A stretch of 64,000 nucleotides of DNA from contig NC_086375.1 in NCBI RefSeq assembly GCF_036588685.1, forward strand, positions 14,260,001 to 14,324,000. The letters run 5' to 3'. The notes under the pieces are model-generated. The model made no database searches and was not told the DNA's origin. It saw only the letters and a list, made by a program, of their open reading frames with translations. The translations under genes and the position numbers were made by a program. The DNA is from Mytilus trossulus (lineage: Eukaryota). Positions 1 through 11,978 of this stretch are shown here, piece after piece; position 1 is the stretch's first letter, and the number at the start of each line of letters is the position of its first letter.

Positions 1-212
1 ACTTTCATTTTCTTCGTTCAGTGGACCATGAAATTGGGATCAAAACTCTAATTTGGCATTAAAATTAGGAAGATAACATCATAGGGATCATGTGCTCAAG
101 TGGATTGCACTTCAACTTCATCATAAACTACCTTGACCAAAAACTTTTACCTGAAGCGGGACGGACGGACGACCAGACCAGAAAACACAATGCCAATAAA
201 AGGGCATACAAA
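1..212 (-). mobile_element. 5' end of a Helentron/HINE-type non-autonomous element (truncated by the window edge)
   Basis: (GACG)n microsatellite at ~159-178 followed by ccagaaaacacaatgcc...gggcatacaaaa. This is the reverse complement of the terminus of the copy at 62720 (tttttatgccc...gggcattatgttttctgg). Confidence 0.65.
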
Positions 213-605
213 ACCTGCCACTGGTTATATTCAGAAGTTTCGTGACAGTGTTATCATAGTATAAATGGATGTAGTTATATTATGACTTTGTTGTTTAAAA
301 GCAACTTCGTCATTACTAAAACTACATTGTAATAAAATGGGCACACTATGTAAATAAAGACATGAAAGATGTCATCGGCTTAATTAGAAGTTTTCTTATT
401 TAGAGTACACGAAATACATTTTCATGTATATATATTATAGACGATTTCGAGTTGGTGGCGAAGGATGTAAGCTCTACTACTATATTGTATTTATGGGATA
501 TTGAAGGAGCTTGAAGATCCCCCTTTTTTTAAAACTTGTTGGAAATATAAGTTAGTCCATCTCAAACTCGCTCTTGTTTGCTACATATTCTAAATGACAA
601 TTTAC

Positions 606-1242
606 CTTTAGAAGCGTCCGATTTTCTTTTCTCTGCTGGTGGTTTACTACAATGCTTCAACAAGTCAGCTTCAAGTTTATCTTGGTCTTCATCCTGCAGA
701 TCGGAATATCCTTTAATTATCTTCTCCGCAGCTTTTGAGCCATCAATTGACTTTAAATTTTCATTGTCCTTCCAAATACAGTCATAATGGTACCATGCTG
801 TGGCACCAAAGTTAGCTTTTCCTGTGAATCCTACACGGAGTGCTCCTTTGTCGATACCTTTTGAACAACCTTTGCATGAAGATTTGGCAGACTTAGCATA
901 TTCTGTAGCCATGGGTAATGGTCCTTCTTTAGCTGCCGCGGCTGCCTTAGCAGCGGCTTCTTTGCAATATTTTGGCAAGTCCGCGTCGAGTTTCTTTTTC
1001 TCATCTTCCTTCAAATCTGAATATCCCAGCACGATGCTTTTTGTTGTTTTAGAGCTGTCGATTGATTTGAGATTTTCGTAGTTCTTCCAAATGCAATCAT
1101 AATGGTACCACGCAGTTGTGCCGAAATTAGCCTTGCCGACGAATCCAATGCGGAGTTCTCCTTTCGCTATATTCTTCATACAGCCTTTACATGCAGACTT
1201 CGCTGATTTCGCATATTCGGCGCTCATAGGTTCTGAAGCCAT
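606..1242 (-). CDS. Exon encoding two tandem PARP-type zinc fingers (zf-PARP); PARP1-like N-terminus, gene probably continues left of the window
   Basis: Two copies of EYAKSAKSxCKGC...IxKGxLRxG...WYHYDC...GYSDL (CxxC...HxxC). ATG at 1242 (MASEP) follows a pyrimidine-rich AAG. A KRKS basic motif precedes a splice donor AAAG|GTAAAT at 606/605. Without splicing the ORF ends at 562. Confidence 0.85.
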
Positions 1243-1584
1243 CTTTTCAAAATAAACAAACAAAGGCGATGCAACATGTGTTGGGTAATACACAATGCAT
1301 ATACGATTATGATAAGGATTTTTGCAGAAAACTACACATGTGAAAGATCAATACATAATACTTTACGGTTGGTTACGACACACATTATTTATCGGCCTTA
1401 CAGGTGTACATACTTATCTTAATAAATTACATATCATATTATATATATACTTACTACATAACATCTTTTAAAAAAGAATGAAAAATTATAATTGTTATTA
1501 TTTAATTGATTAAAATTCAAATTTACAAACTAACAAAATTAAGAAATTAAAGTTTTAAAACGGTTTCCCTGGAGTGGCCAAAGA

Positions 1585-1835
1585 TACGGAGCCCCGCTAG
1601 GGACATGCAAAGAAAAAAAAATATATTGTGCGCACAAAATAATATATTGTGCGCACAACTTAAATATATTGTGCGCACAAAATAATATAGTGTGCGCACA
1701 AAATAATATATTGTGCGCACAGTTTAAATATATTGTGCGCACAACTTAAATATATTGTGCGCACAACTTAAATATATTGTGCGCACAAAATAAATATATT
1801 GTGCGAACAAATTAAATATATCGTGCGCACGAAAT
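1585..1835 (+). repeat. Left arm of an inverted repeat: TACGGAGCCCCGCTAGGGACATG head plus ~21-bp tandem units built on the palindrome TGTGCGCACA
   Basis: About 10 units such as aatatattgtgcgcacaactta are visible. The reverse-complement copy lies at 4635-4813. Confidence 0.85.
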
Positions 1836-2639
1836 CCTTTCACCTTACACATGGTACGGGTCTTCAATGTCTCCTTTTTGAAGTGACAGAATGGAGAAAT
1901 GCATAAGGTTTCTTTTAAAATGGGGCTAGAATACATGGAAATATTCATCACTGCATTTGTATCAACTCCTGACAGGAATACTTAAGAAGTTACGTTTATT
2001 TCGTCTGACACTTGGTTTAACAACACTTTATATCAGAGTTTATTGGAATGGTTTGAAACAGACTTGGCAAAAGAGCGAGGAAACTATCGAACTTATGTAG
2101 ACTTTGATACTATGGTTTTACCTGTTTTCTTGTAACAAATATAAGAAAAGTACTTTTTGCACTGATGCATTATACTTTATGTCTAATAATCTCAAGATTT
2201 TGTTTATGTTGATTGACCCTGAGTCTCAAGACTGACATGTAACTCAATTCACGACTTTGATTTTGTTACCCTGATGGTCGTTATATTTAAAAGTCTTTAC
2301 GTCCATTCATCCGTCCGTCTCTGTTTATTGTAAATGTTTTGGTTGTAGTTTCTGATGAAGTTTTAGTGTCACCATTTTCAATGAAGTATGTGGTTTCTTA
2401 AAAGGTATCTTTGTAAAAGCGTAGAGTAAGTCAAATCCACTGAAAACTGAATACACGTACACGTTATTTTGTTGGTTTTTTTTATATTTTTTTTTATTAA
2501 AGATGACTATGTTTGATCATGATTAAGTACGGTTCTCACCCAAGATGTACTGTTCGTTATTGAAATATGACGGTGTGTTCAGTCTACGAAATTCACCATG
2601 AAGTTGTGATCAAATAAAGATAAAACTGGGTACATATAA

Positions 2640-3960
2640 AGCAAAAGAATCAATATGAGTGCCAATGAGACAGCTCTCCACCCAAGTCATAATTTATTAA
2701 AAGACTTTTAAGTTAACAATCATTGCTTATATTACGGTCCTTATCACGGAGCGGTGACTCACACCAAACAGCAAACTATACGGCCCAAAATGACTATAAC
2801 AAAACGATAAACAGATATGAACCACACCAATAAACAACAATCACTGAATAACAAGCTCCCGACATAGAACAGTATGTTTATTATGATTTAAATTTTTAAG
2901 CGTTGTATACAAATGTTTCAGGTCAAGTTATAGTTTCATTCTGATTAATAGAAGAGGACAGGAGGTCACTTAAAGTATCTATTTTTGATCGATTTCATTA
3001 TAAAATTTTACAGTATGTTGTTCGTACTCATTATGAAATTGAAACGTTACGAAACAATTTAGGAATAGTCAATGAAATTCCTCAGTGAAATATTTTGAAA
3101 ACAATCGAAACAATTATGATTAATTTTTTTCCAAATATGGTCCGTTTAGGGGTATCATTTATTCAAAACCTTTTGGCCCGATTGATCGCGATCGATCGAT
3201 CGAAAGAGACAACTACATTATATACATATACACCATAGCTCATACAAATAAGGGTTATATTCTTCTCATATATTTTTATGATGGTATGATACTAAACCCC
3301 TAAGGGGAAGGATTGTGCTTGATATTCATATGATTAAAACATAATCTTTCAATCAGTTTAATTGAGGTGTGGAGTTAGCATATCAGTAACTGCTAGTAGT
3401 CCTTGTTTTTTAGTGTATCATTGTCATTTTGTTAAGTTTCATTTGTTACCTATTCTGACAACGGACACGGGCTTCTTCACTGTCAGTATTGATGTGTGTG
3501 TGTGTTTTTTTAATCTGCATTGACTAAAGGTATAAAAGGAGGGTTGAGATCTCACAAAACATGTTTTACTCCGCCGCATTTTTGTGCCTGCCTAAGGTCA
3601 GGAGCCACTGGCCTTTGTTGGTCTTGTAGGATTTTCATTTTGTTTCTTGTATATACTTTGGATAGATAAAGGAAGAGGTGGTATGAGTGCAAATGAGACA
3701 ACTCTCCATCTATAAGTCACAATTTATAAAAGTAAACCATTATAGGTCAAGGTACGGTCTTCAGCACATAGCTTAGGCTCACAACGAACAGAAAGCTATA
3801 AAGGGTTCCCAAAATTACTAGTGTAAAACCTTTCAAACGGGAAAACCAACGGTCTAATCTATATAAAAAACGAGAAACGAGAAACAACTGTTAAGTTTAG
3901 TATGACGTCCATTATCACTGAACTAGTCCATATTTTTGTTTATAGGCCAACTGAAGCATG
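2640..3960. repeat. Cluster of degenerate dispersed repeats (family containing GTGGTATGAxTGCCAATGAGACAACTCTCCA and associated retroelement-end sequences)
   Basis: The motif recurs at ~2655, 3677, 16566, 23345 and 53293, and in reverse at ~19480 and 21540. Confidence 0.6.
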
Positions 3961-4634
3961 CATTTGGGTGCGGGATTTTTTCTTGCTGTATTGAAGAACC
4001 AAATGTATTTGAGAAACACATGCACCATATATGATTTGCCTGCCTTATAATTATTTTGTACATTAAATAAAGTTTAATTATACCTTTATCATCGTATCTG
4101 AAAAACAGACCAATTCTGAGATATTTAACATTAACCAATAAACCATGAAACCAAAGTCGTCAGATGATACCGACCAGCCAAATATATATACATAACAATC
4201 ATTCCATAAAAAAATATTGTTAATTTATTCCTTATAGTATCTGAAAAAAATACCAAACAAGAATCAAATAACATGGACCAATGAACCATGAATATAAAAT
4301 CAAGGTCAGATTAATATAATTGCAAGATAGACAATTTCACCATACAAACATTCCATACCCCAAACATATATCTAACTAAATGCTTATAGTATCCGAGAAA
4401 TACACCAAAACACAAACATTTTACTTTGCCGGACCACTTACACCCTAAAAATGGAGTATGTCAAAGTCAGATGACACCTGTGAAGTGAACATTTAGCCAT
4501 TAAAATCGTTCAATACAACCAAATATAGAAGAACTATTGAATTTGGTATCTGAGATTTTGTCTAAACCACGAGCATGCACTTTACACGTAAAATGAGGTC
4601 ATGGTCAAGTGAAAACTGTTTTCCGAATTTTGGG

Positions 4635-4813
4635 AGCACACCATATTATTTTAGTGCGCACAGTATATCTAAGTTGTGCGCACAACATATTTAAGTTGTG
4701 CGCATAATATATTATTGTGTGCGCACAATATATTTAAGTTGTGCGCACAATATATTATTTTGTGCGCACAATATATTTTTTTTTTCTTTGCATGTCCCTA
4801 GCGGGGCTCCGTA
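4635..4813 (-). repeat. Right arm of the inverted repeat matching 1585-1835
   Basis: Ends ...ctttgcatgtccctagcggggctccgta, the exact reverse complement of the head at 1585. Confidence 0.85.
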
Positions 4814-5065
4814 GTATCTCATATAGCCTACTTGGCTTAAGAAAAAAAAATCATTTAAATTGTCATTTAAAAACATGAAATTTTCTAAGAATATGAAATT
4901 AAACAATTATTGTTTTTTCCACGCCAAATAAGTTGTTAATTTGAACTTTGAAAAACTGATATTCACTTTGGCATCTGACCTCAGAACGTGATCAAATTAG
5001 TTTTAATTTATTCAGATGTTCTGCATATAGGAAGGGCGGATGACGGACAAGATATTTGCTGACAC

Positions 5066-5223
5066 CAGGGGCGGATCCATCCATTTTAAATAGGGGGGTT
5101 CCCAACCCAAGACAAAAAGGGGGGTTCAACTATATGTCCCCATCCAAATGCATTGATCGGCCAAAAACAAGTCCCAACCCCCGGAACCCCCATACCCACC
5201 CACCCTGCATGGATCCGCCAATG
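5066..5223. mobile_element. MITE with a 5-bp TSD (hAT5-like)
   Basis: TIRs CAGGGGCGGATCCA / TGGATCCGCCAATG, flanked by GACAC at 5061-5065 and 5224-5228. Confidence 0.8.
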
Positions 5224-5233
5224 GACACTATAC

Positions 5234-5535
5234 CTTAAGGGTATGTTGGATGGGACATACATTTTGCATGCAACAGGCAACCCACCGTACGGACATTCGA
5301 TGAGTTGCTGTGACAGTTCGTTTACCTGTAGCGAGCGTAAAACTATCTTCATCCGTTCTCTAGATACAAGAGCCGTCTTAGTAATCAACCCCATGCAGAC
5401 AGGGCGTGTACATATCAACAAACCAAGCAGATATCCGACTTTAGCAAGGGTTTCACGGGAATCGAATTTCTTAAACGTTCTTGCTAAAACGAAAGAATCA
5501 ACGGGAAGGTTAGTTATCCTATCCGGAAATATCAT
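5234..5535 (-). CDS. Probable first coding exon of an uncharacterised protein (MIFPDRITNLPVDSF...CPYGGLPVACKMYVPSNIPL)
   Basis: 100 open codons from the ATG at 5535. Visibly higher GC than the flanks. Ends at a donor TTAAG|GTATAG just before the MITE. No family recognised. Confidence 0.5.
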
Positions 5536-5771
5536 TCTGATTTTAACTATGATCGCAAGACTTGAAAGTACTGACTACTATACAAAAGCAGTGTGTTTGA
5601 GGGAGAAGCGTCAAATAACAATTTCAAAGTCTGAAGCTTGTACCAATCTTTGAACGAACAAACTTCCTACCACACGTGATGTAAGCCCGATGCACTATTT
5701 ATATTAATATTAGAGTAAAAACAATTTTATTCTTAAAAAATAACAAATAAATATATATTATTGCATATAAA

Positions 5772-6980
5772 TCATGGATCGAAGATAAATTCTTCTGCGT
5801 TTTTGTGCTTATCGGATGATGACAAAGAGGTATACATTCCAACATGGTAGAACAGGTTAGGTTCGATCTGGTACGCTGGGATACCAGTCACATTTGTAAA
5901 GTTATATATGGCCAAGTCCGTATGTAATGCCTTGTGTTTCACTGATAAAAAATCAATTAATGCCGGAATGAATTGCCTTGTATACAACATTGCTTGCGTA
6001 CAGCACCCAGGTGACTTCCTCAAAGAATATAAATATTTAGAAATTCTATGAAATTCAAACACGTTTTGTCTTCCAATAATAAGAGCAGCTGTAACAAACA
6101 GCCAAGCACCACACGAAAAATACATCACTTGTAAAAATTTTGACTTCGTTCTACATGTAATAAATTGGATAGCGACTGCCAATCCCGCACCAACACACCC
6201 TACACTTATAATCTCTAGTATCCGGCTAGATTCATACGCATATCCTTGCCATCTTTGAGGATAGTACAACTTAATGAAAGAGTAACGTCCCTTATTTTTA
6301 CTCTTCAGATAGAGTATTTTGTTTTTGATAACTTCTAATGTATCTTCCCGCGGAAGAGCATCGTCTTCTATTAACAGCACGTAATTAGCACCAAGTGAAT
6401 AAGCCGATTCTAAACAGTACATATAGTCTACAGTCTCTTTATCATATTTACTATTATATCTTCTTTTTGCATACATACTAATTCTACTTCCGTTTATTGT
6501 TATTGGTAAAGATGATGCTCCATATCGCTCCACTACCGGAATAAACGGTTTTAAGTTGACAATTTCTGTATAGTTTTCAGGATGTAAATCTACATTGCAT
6601 ATCATCATGGTTTTCTTTGGGAAGACAAGATCATTTACAAAAAGTTTATGCGTGGCTGATATAGACTGTAATACGTATCCAAGGCTACTAGCATCATACG
6701 CTTTTCTTTTGACGGTTACTATGACAATTGCAAGTTCTGGTTGGCTGTCGTAGTTTGGCTGCTGAGTTTTACTTAATCCATCTAAATATTGATGGGCCTT
6801 GAACAAACGTTCACTATTTAATTGCTTTGCAAGTTTGAAAACATCATTTTTAGAATTAAATAAACGGTAAACTTTCGAAAAAGGTGTGTTGCTTCCGTAA
6901 AAGATAGACAGCAGTATGCAGACTGACGTTGCTGTGAGTATTAGAACAATATTGCGCATGATCTGTGGCAGTTGAACCAT
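5772..6980 (-). CDS. PGAP4: PGAP4/TMEM246-like GPI-GalNAc transferase, copy 1 (single coding exon, 402 aa)
   Basis: N-terminal TM helix; DYMYCLE, YVLLIEDDALP (DXD-like), IKLYYPQRWQGY, two internal TM helices, CCTQAML and EPNLFYHVGMYTSL match the PGAP4 family. Upstream acceptor tttccag at ~7063; AATAAA at ~5726-5731. Confidence 0.9.
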   Translation of the reverse strand: MVQLPQIMRNIVLILTATSVCILLSIFYGSNTPFSKVYRLFNSKNDVFKLAKQLNSERLFKAHQYLDGLSKTQQPNYDSQPELAIVIVTVKRKAYDASSLGYVLQSISATHKLFVNDLVFPKKTMMICNVDLHPENYTEIVNLKPFIPVVERYGASSLPITINGSRISMYAKRRYNSKYDKETVDYMYCLESAYSLGANYVLLIEDDALPREDTLEVIKNKILYLKSKNKGRYSFIKLYYPQRWQGYAYESSRILEIISVGCVGAGLAVAIQFITCRTKSKFLQVMYFSCGAWLFVTAALIIGRQNVFEFHRISKYLYSLRKSPGCCTQAMLYTRQFIPALIDFLSVKHKALHTDLAIYNFTNVTGIPAYQIEPNLFYHVGMYTSLSSSDKHKNAEEFIFDP

Positions 6981-7700
6981 CCTGACAATCCACCATCAGT
7001 GTTTTTTCATTAGTCAATAAACTTTTGATACGTTCCATTACTCGGTGGTCTAATTCAAAGCCCTGGAAAATACAAGGTTTAAATTCTGTTATACTCGTTC
7101 TAACAAAGAAACGCATTTTAAAATTGTGTCATTACATAAACCAAAGCCATGCCAAATGAAATAAATGTAGCCAATTTACGATATTACAGTCAGTTCAGAT
7201 ACTGTGCAACTATAAGCCTAGTTTTTTTTATACTTAAAAGTGCCTTATAAGACAACTATATCCACCAGAGGCTAATGAATGCGGATGCATATATCTATAA
7301 GGCATTGCTCGGCCTTCGACAATGGTTGACAGAAAATAATCTAGCGCACATGTTCCAATCAGTATTAAAAAATCCACTAGGTTCAACTTGTTTGTGGAAT
7401 TGTAATTAAATAACTGCATGGTATTCCTATGTAACTAGTGTGGCCAAAATGACCAGTGTGAATGTACGGAACACTGGACTTTAGATTATCAATGTTTGAC
7501 TTTAATCTTACGCGCCAAAGGCCTTACATCTTCAGTGCTAAACTCTAATCAAAGTTCTTTTTAGCATTGAAGGGTCAGGAGTGAAGCTTTCGTTTTCTTA
7601 TTCAAAACCTGAATCGTCTTGATCATACACGTGAAATATTTGCAACTGGGCGTTTTAAAGCAACCACCCATCAATCAACCATTGAAATATTGAATTACAT

Positions 7701-7973
7701 CACAGCAGAATGCATTGAGTGTGTAGGTAGAGGTAATAAATGTTGTTAGCTTGCTTGCTACCTGAACCGTGAAGTCATTATTATGTTAGGTAAATTACCC
7801 TCCTGAGTAGACTAGTCCAACAGATAGCCAATCTATATGTCTCTATGACTAGACTACCGTCCGAAAAGAGGTAGAATAGTATACCTTACCTAATAATGAC
7901 TTCGCGGTTCAGCTAACAAGCAAGATAACATAAGATCATACCTTTACCTTCACACGCAATGCATGCAGCTGTA
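7701..7973. mobile_element. Hairpin (long imperfect palindrome) MITE
   Basis: The arms (gttagcttgcttgctacctgaaccgtgaagtcattatt / aataatgacttcgcggttcagctaacaagcaagataac) pair over almost the full length. A second copy is at 23549-23803. Confidence 0.75.
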
Positions 7974-10900
7974 AATAGCAGGACAAATTATAAATTTGAG
8001 TTGGAGTTGTCTACTTTTGTTGATGATTGTCATGTTCAGTGTAACCAAGAATTTGTAGTCATAATACAAATACTTAGTCACAGTAACCTTCTGTTGATTC
8101 GTTTGTTTTCGTGGGTATCAATTTTCGTGGATAGAGGACAACCAGCATTTTCATTTGGTTTTTGCCAATCTCGGCATACAAAGCCTATAGAAAATGTGTA
8201 ATTGGTTGAACATTTGAATTCGTAGGTGACCTGTACCCAGGGATCGAATTACTTTACTGGCCAGCCGGACCAGTGGACTGAAAATGTACTGGTCCGATTC
8301 CAAATCTACTGGTCCTGCAAAAATTACTTTCATTTGACATACAATAATATAAATGATAGATGTTTACTTTTATTTTACTCTCATTTATTCCCTTTCATCT
8401 CATTTATTCCAGTAGATTATATTGTTCATGAGCAGGTACAGAATCTAGCTTAAAATTTGAAGATCACTTTACCAAGATAACATTTAATTGTTATTCAATT
8501 CCATTACATAGCGATCGATAATATAATTTGACCCCCACGTTTTTCATGTTTACGTTCCCTCAGTTTGGTCAGTTTCATAAACTTTATTCCGTTCTCCCTT
8601 TTGAATGTCACTTGAAAGTTTTTTTTTATGTTTTGATAAATGAGAATATACACTTTAAAAATTTAATTGATATAGATAAAATTATTTATTTTACATATCT
8701 TGCAACAGTACTCAACCCAAGATCACACATTCAGGTATATAAGCTATATAAGCTAGGATCCTTTTTAAAACAGTATTTATAACTGAGGACAGGAGGCTCT
8801 TGAAATATTAACATTTAGTATGTATATTCACGATCTTGTTGATATTGTTTATTTTTATTGTGTCACATGCCATAAACATATAGTGTTAATACAAAAAGAT
8901 TTGAATGAATTGAATTGAATTAATATTTAGTAGTCATTTACTTTATTGTAATTTGCCAGAATTAAATTTCAGGAAACAATGGACCAGTTAAATCTGGGAC
9001 ATGATATATTGAGTTAGTAGAATAGTCCGAAGTTAAATAACAATTTAACCAAATTATTCTAGATTTTCTTATTTCAAAAATGATATCCTTTTAAACTGCC
9101 AAACAAGTATAACAGGCAAATTTTATCCTGTATGGGTTAATGTTTTCCTTAACTTTAGACCCAGTGGCAAGCACTTCAGGCAATTGCTAGACGAATTTAA
9201 TAAAGTATAAAAGTGAAACACGAAAAGTCAGAGAAAAGCCTAGGAAAATGAGGGAAAATTAAGATTTTTACTGGAAAAGAAGAGTGTTTTTAAGAGTAAA
9301 TTGATTTTTTTTTATTTGCATCAGAAAATCTATGAAAGCCTTGCTGATCCAGTGTAAACAGGACTCTACCTGTCTGATACCTCAAGGCTTTTGGTCATAA
9401 AACTTTACAAAATGTGTACTTTAAACACCAAATCAGTACTAGAATTGACTGAATTGTGAGTCTGAGTACGACATTTTATAACCCAAAGGCCCTTTGTTTT
9501 AGTCAGAAATTATTTCCAGACAAATTGTGTATTGCAGACAGTGTGGACTCAAAAACAGTTCAAATTTATTTTTGGCAAGTTGGTGGTTTAATTGACATAG
9601 CACAATGATTTCTTGGTTTGTTTTTTTTTCTTGTTTTTTTTTTTATCAGAACTTATTTTTTTCTGTAATGGTTGCATATCCAACTTAATATGACTTCACC
9701 TGACATTGTTTATATGTATGATCTACTTGGAAGTAAATTGACCATTTCACATCTGACTTTCTATTGGTACACATTTCTGAGTGTCTGACTCAGTGGTTGA
9801 TGACCTGATTTTTGTTTTAGTAGATTGATAATTAATGGTTGCTTTAGTAACTACTCAACTGTATTTTTTTGTACATGTTTCTGTATTTTATCATTATAAA
9901 AGCTATGTTATTAAATAAATTCCTTTTTTTTTTAAGAGATTTTTATGGTACAATCTTTAAGATTCCAGTGGCAGATCCAGAAATCATAGTTCCATAAGCC
10001 TGTATGCTCCAGTCATTCCTTAAATAATCAAGCTAATTTTCTCCACTGAGATGTAAACCAGTTGATACAATTGTCCATGCTGTCTGTTATTAAAGTCAGT
10101 AAGACATACAACACATTTGTTTAATTTACATTTTCAATTATAACTGCTGACTGCTTGCTGAATAGTACCTCCCCATAGTGTTTGTCAAATTCCAGCTAAC
10201 TAACCATTTAAATGGCCCCTATTTATTTATCTAATTATACATGTATATTACTGTATTCCATGTACTTGCTGCTTTGCTGATTACAATACCATTGAGTAGA
10301 ACTTTATCAACATACCAGAATTTATTTAAATAATTGTATTACTTTAATACATGTACTTGCCGCTTTCTGCTGATTACAACACCCAGAGATCACTGGTGTC
10401 CCCTCCAACAAGGCAACCAATAAATCAAAAGAATGCCTTTAAAAATTTATCAACATACCAGAGATCAAGGAATAATATATACATCATTGAACTTGTATTG
10501 ATGTTTGTTATCACAAATTCTTGCCAGTGTTGTGTGCATATATGTTGATAAACTGAATTGTGAGTGTATCCTTGTCACCACCCCTTGAAGGACCTTAATT
10601 AGAATAAATTCTAGGTGTATTTTTTTGGTCAATAATTTGAACTGTTGTGTTATTGATTACATACACCATCGAAAATGGTTTTCTCAAATACTCAAAACAA
10701 AAACTGTACTTTACCATGTTTACAAAATTACATGCAGGTGTTCGCAACCACTGAAACTAATGTGTGAAATTAGAGATTTGACCGGACTCTTGGGCAGCTA
10801 ACAAATATAACAGGACTTGCTCTCGGATACATCACACCAGAGAAATATGAACAGATGTATCATCGGCCTAAGGATGGGGTGGTGTCAATGATTTGTGACG

Positions 10901-11858
10901 TAAACATGGTCATAAAATAACACAAGTTTCCATATTTGATTAAATGTAAGACACATATTTGTACCAGTCCGCTAAATGAGTCTACTTGCTTCCATAAATG
11001 TATTTAAAAGGAACTTACATTGGCTACAAAAGCCTACATTTTTAACTGGCAAAAGTTGTTTTCGTGATTAGAACGTCCTATATTCTGACCTCTTTCGTCA
11101 CTAAATTATAAACGTAGAATTGGATTGGATCTAATATTCCGTGTACAAAATATGAAAAGAGCCTCATTTTTTCAACATTGTAAAGTGATCTAAAGTAAAA
11201 CTCCTGAGACTACCTACTGGTATATACACCGGTAACCGTATTGATTCCAGTTTCTCTGCTCATCTGCAATTAGAGTTACGGTTTGACTCTTTGTGGGTTC
11301 ATGTCTCTGTAATGTTTTATTCACACAAAAGTTCCAGACAACCGTTGTCCATGTTTAGAAAGACAAAATCTATAGGTTTTGTCACATGCTTCATTGGATT
11401 CATTGGGTGTAATGACGAGCAAGATTTTAATTCAAATGTCTCTTCATACAGTGAGTACTTTAAAAAAAAAATAGAAGCTGTTTTACCAATTTTAAAAATC
11501 TTGTATTTGCGAATTCGGTTATACTGTTTTTTTCTCACAAACCCGAGGCTGAAATGGCCTTGACTGGCTATACAGCCCTTGCACGGTCGGTATTTTTTTG
11601 TGTCATTTTTTGTTTATAATATATATATATATATATATATGAGAGAGATAACATAAGATAAGATATATTTGATTTCAAAATAAAGGGCTCTCAATATATG
11701 CATAGCAATATAATATTTCCCACAGAAAGTAACCAAAAGTTAGCGTGCAATAAATTCCAATATTGCACTAGTGTAATAAATCTTCAAAATAAATGACGCC
11801 ATCAACGACAAAATCTTAGTTGAAACCAATTTTTACATTCTATTGCTAAACAATAAAA

Positions 11859-11978
11859 GGGTTATTGCGTGAATATTGGGGAATACAGTCCCTCTTAAAA
11901 CATATATTGCACTCGCAAGCTCGTGCAATATAAAATTCTACTCGGGACAATGTTCCCCAATATGCATGCAATAACCCT
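11859..11978. repeat. Palindromic MITE-like hairpin
   Basis: gggttattgcgtgaatattggggaa ... ttccccaatatgcatgcaataaccc with a central tattgcactcgcaagctcgtgcaata stem. Confidence 0.65.

Noticed and set aside
1620-1835. Short regularly spaced palindromic repeats resembling a CRISPR array
   Set aside because: The units are ~21-bp head-to-tail repeats with no unique spacers, there are no cas genes and the context is eukaryotic. They are subterminal transposon repeats.
5153-5653. 166-aa plus-strand ORF
   Set aside because: It is the antisense shadow of the minus-strand exon, starts inside a MITE at a non-ATG codon and has no recognisable motif.
10780-10920. Protein-like open stretch (TLGQLTNITGLALGYITPEKYEQMY...)
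   Set aside because: Under 50 codons, no convincing splice sites and no recognisable family.
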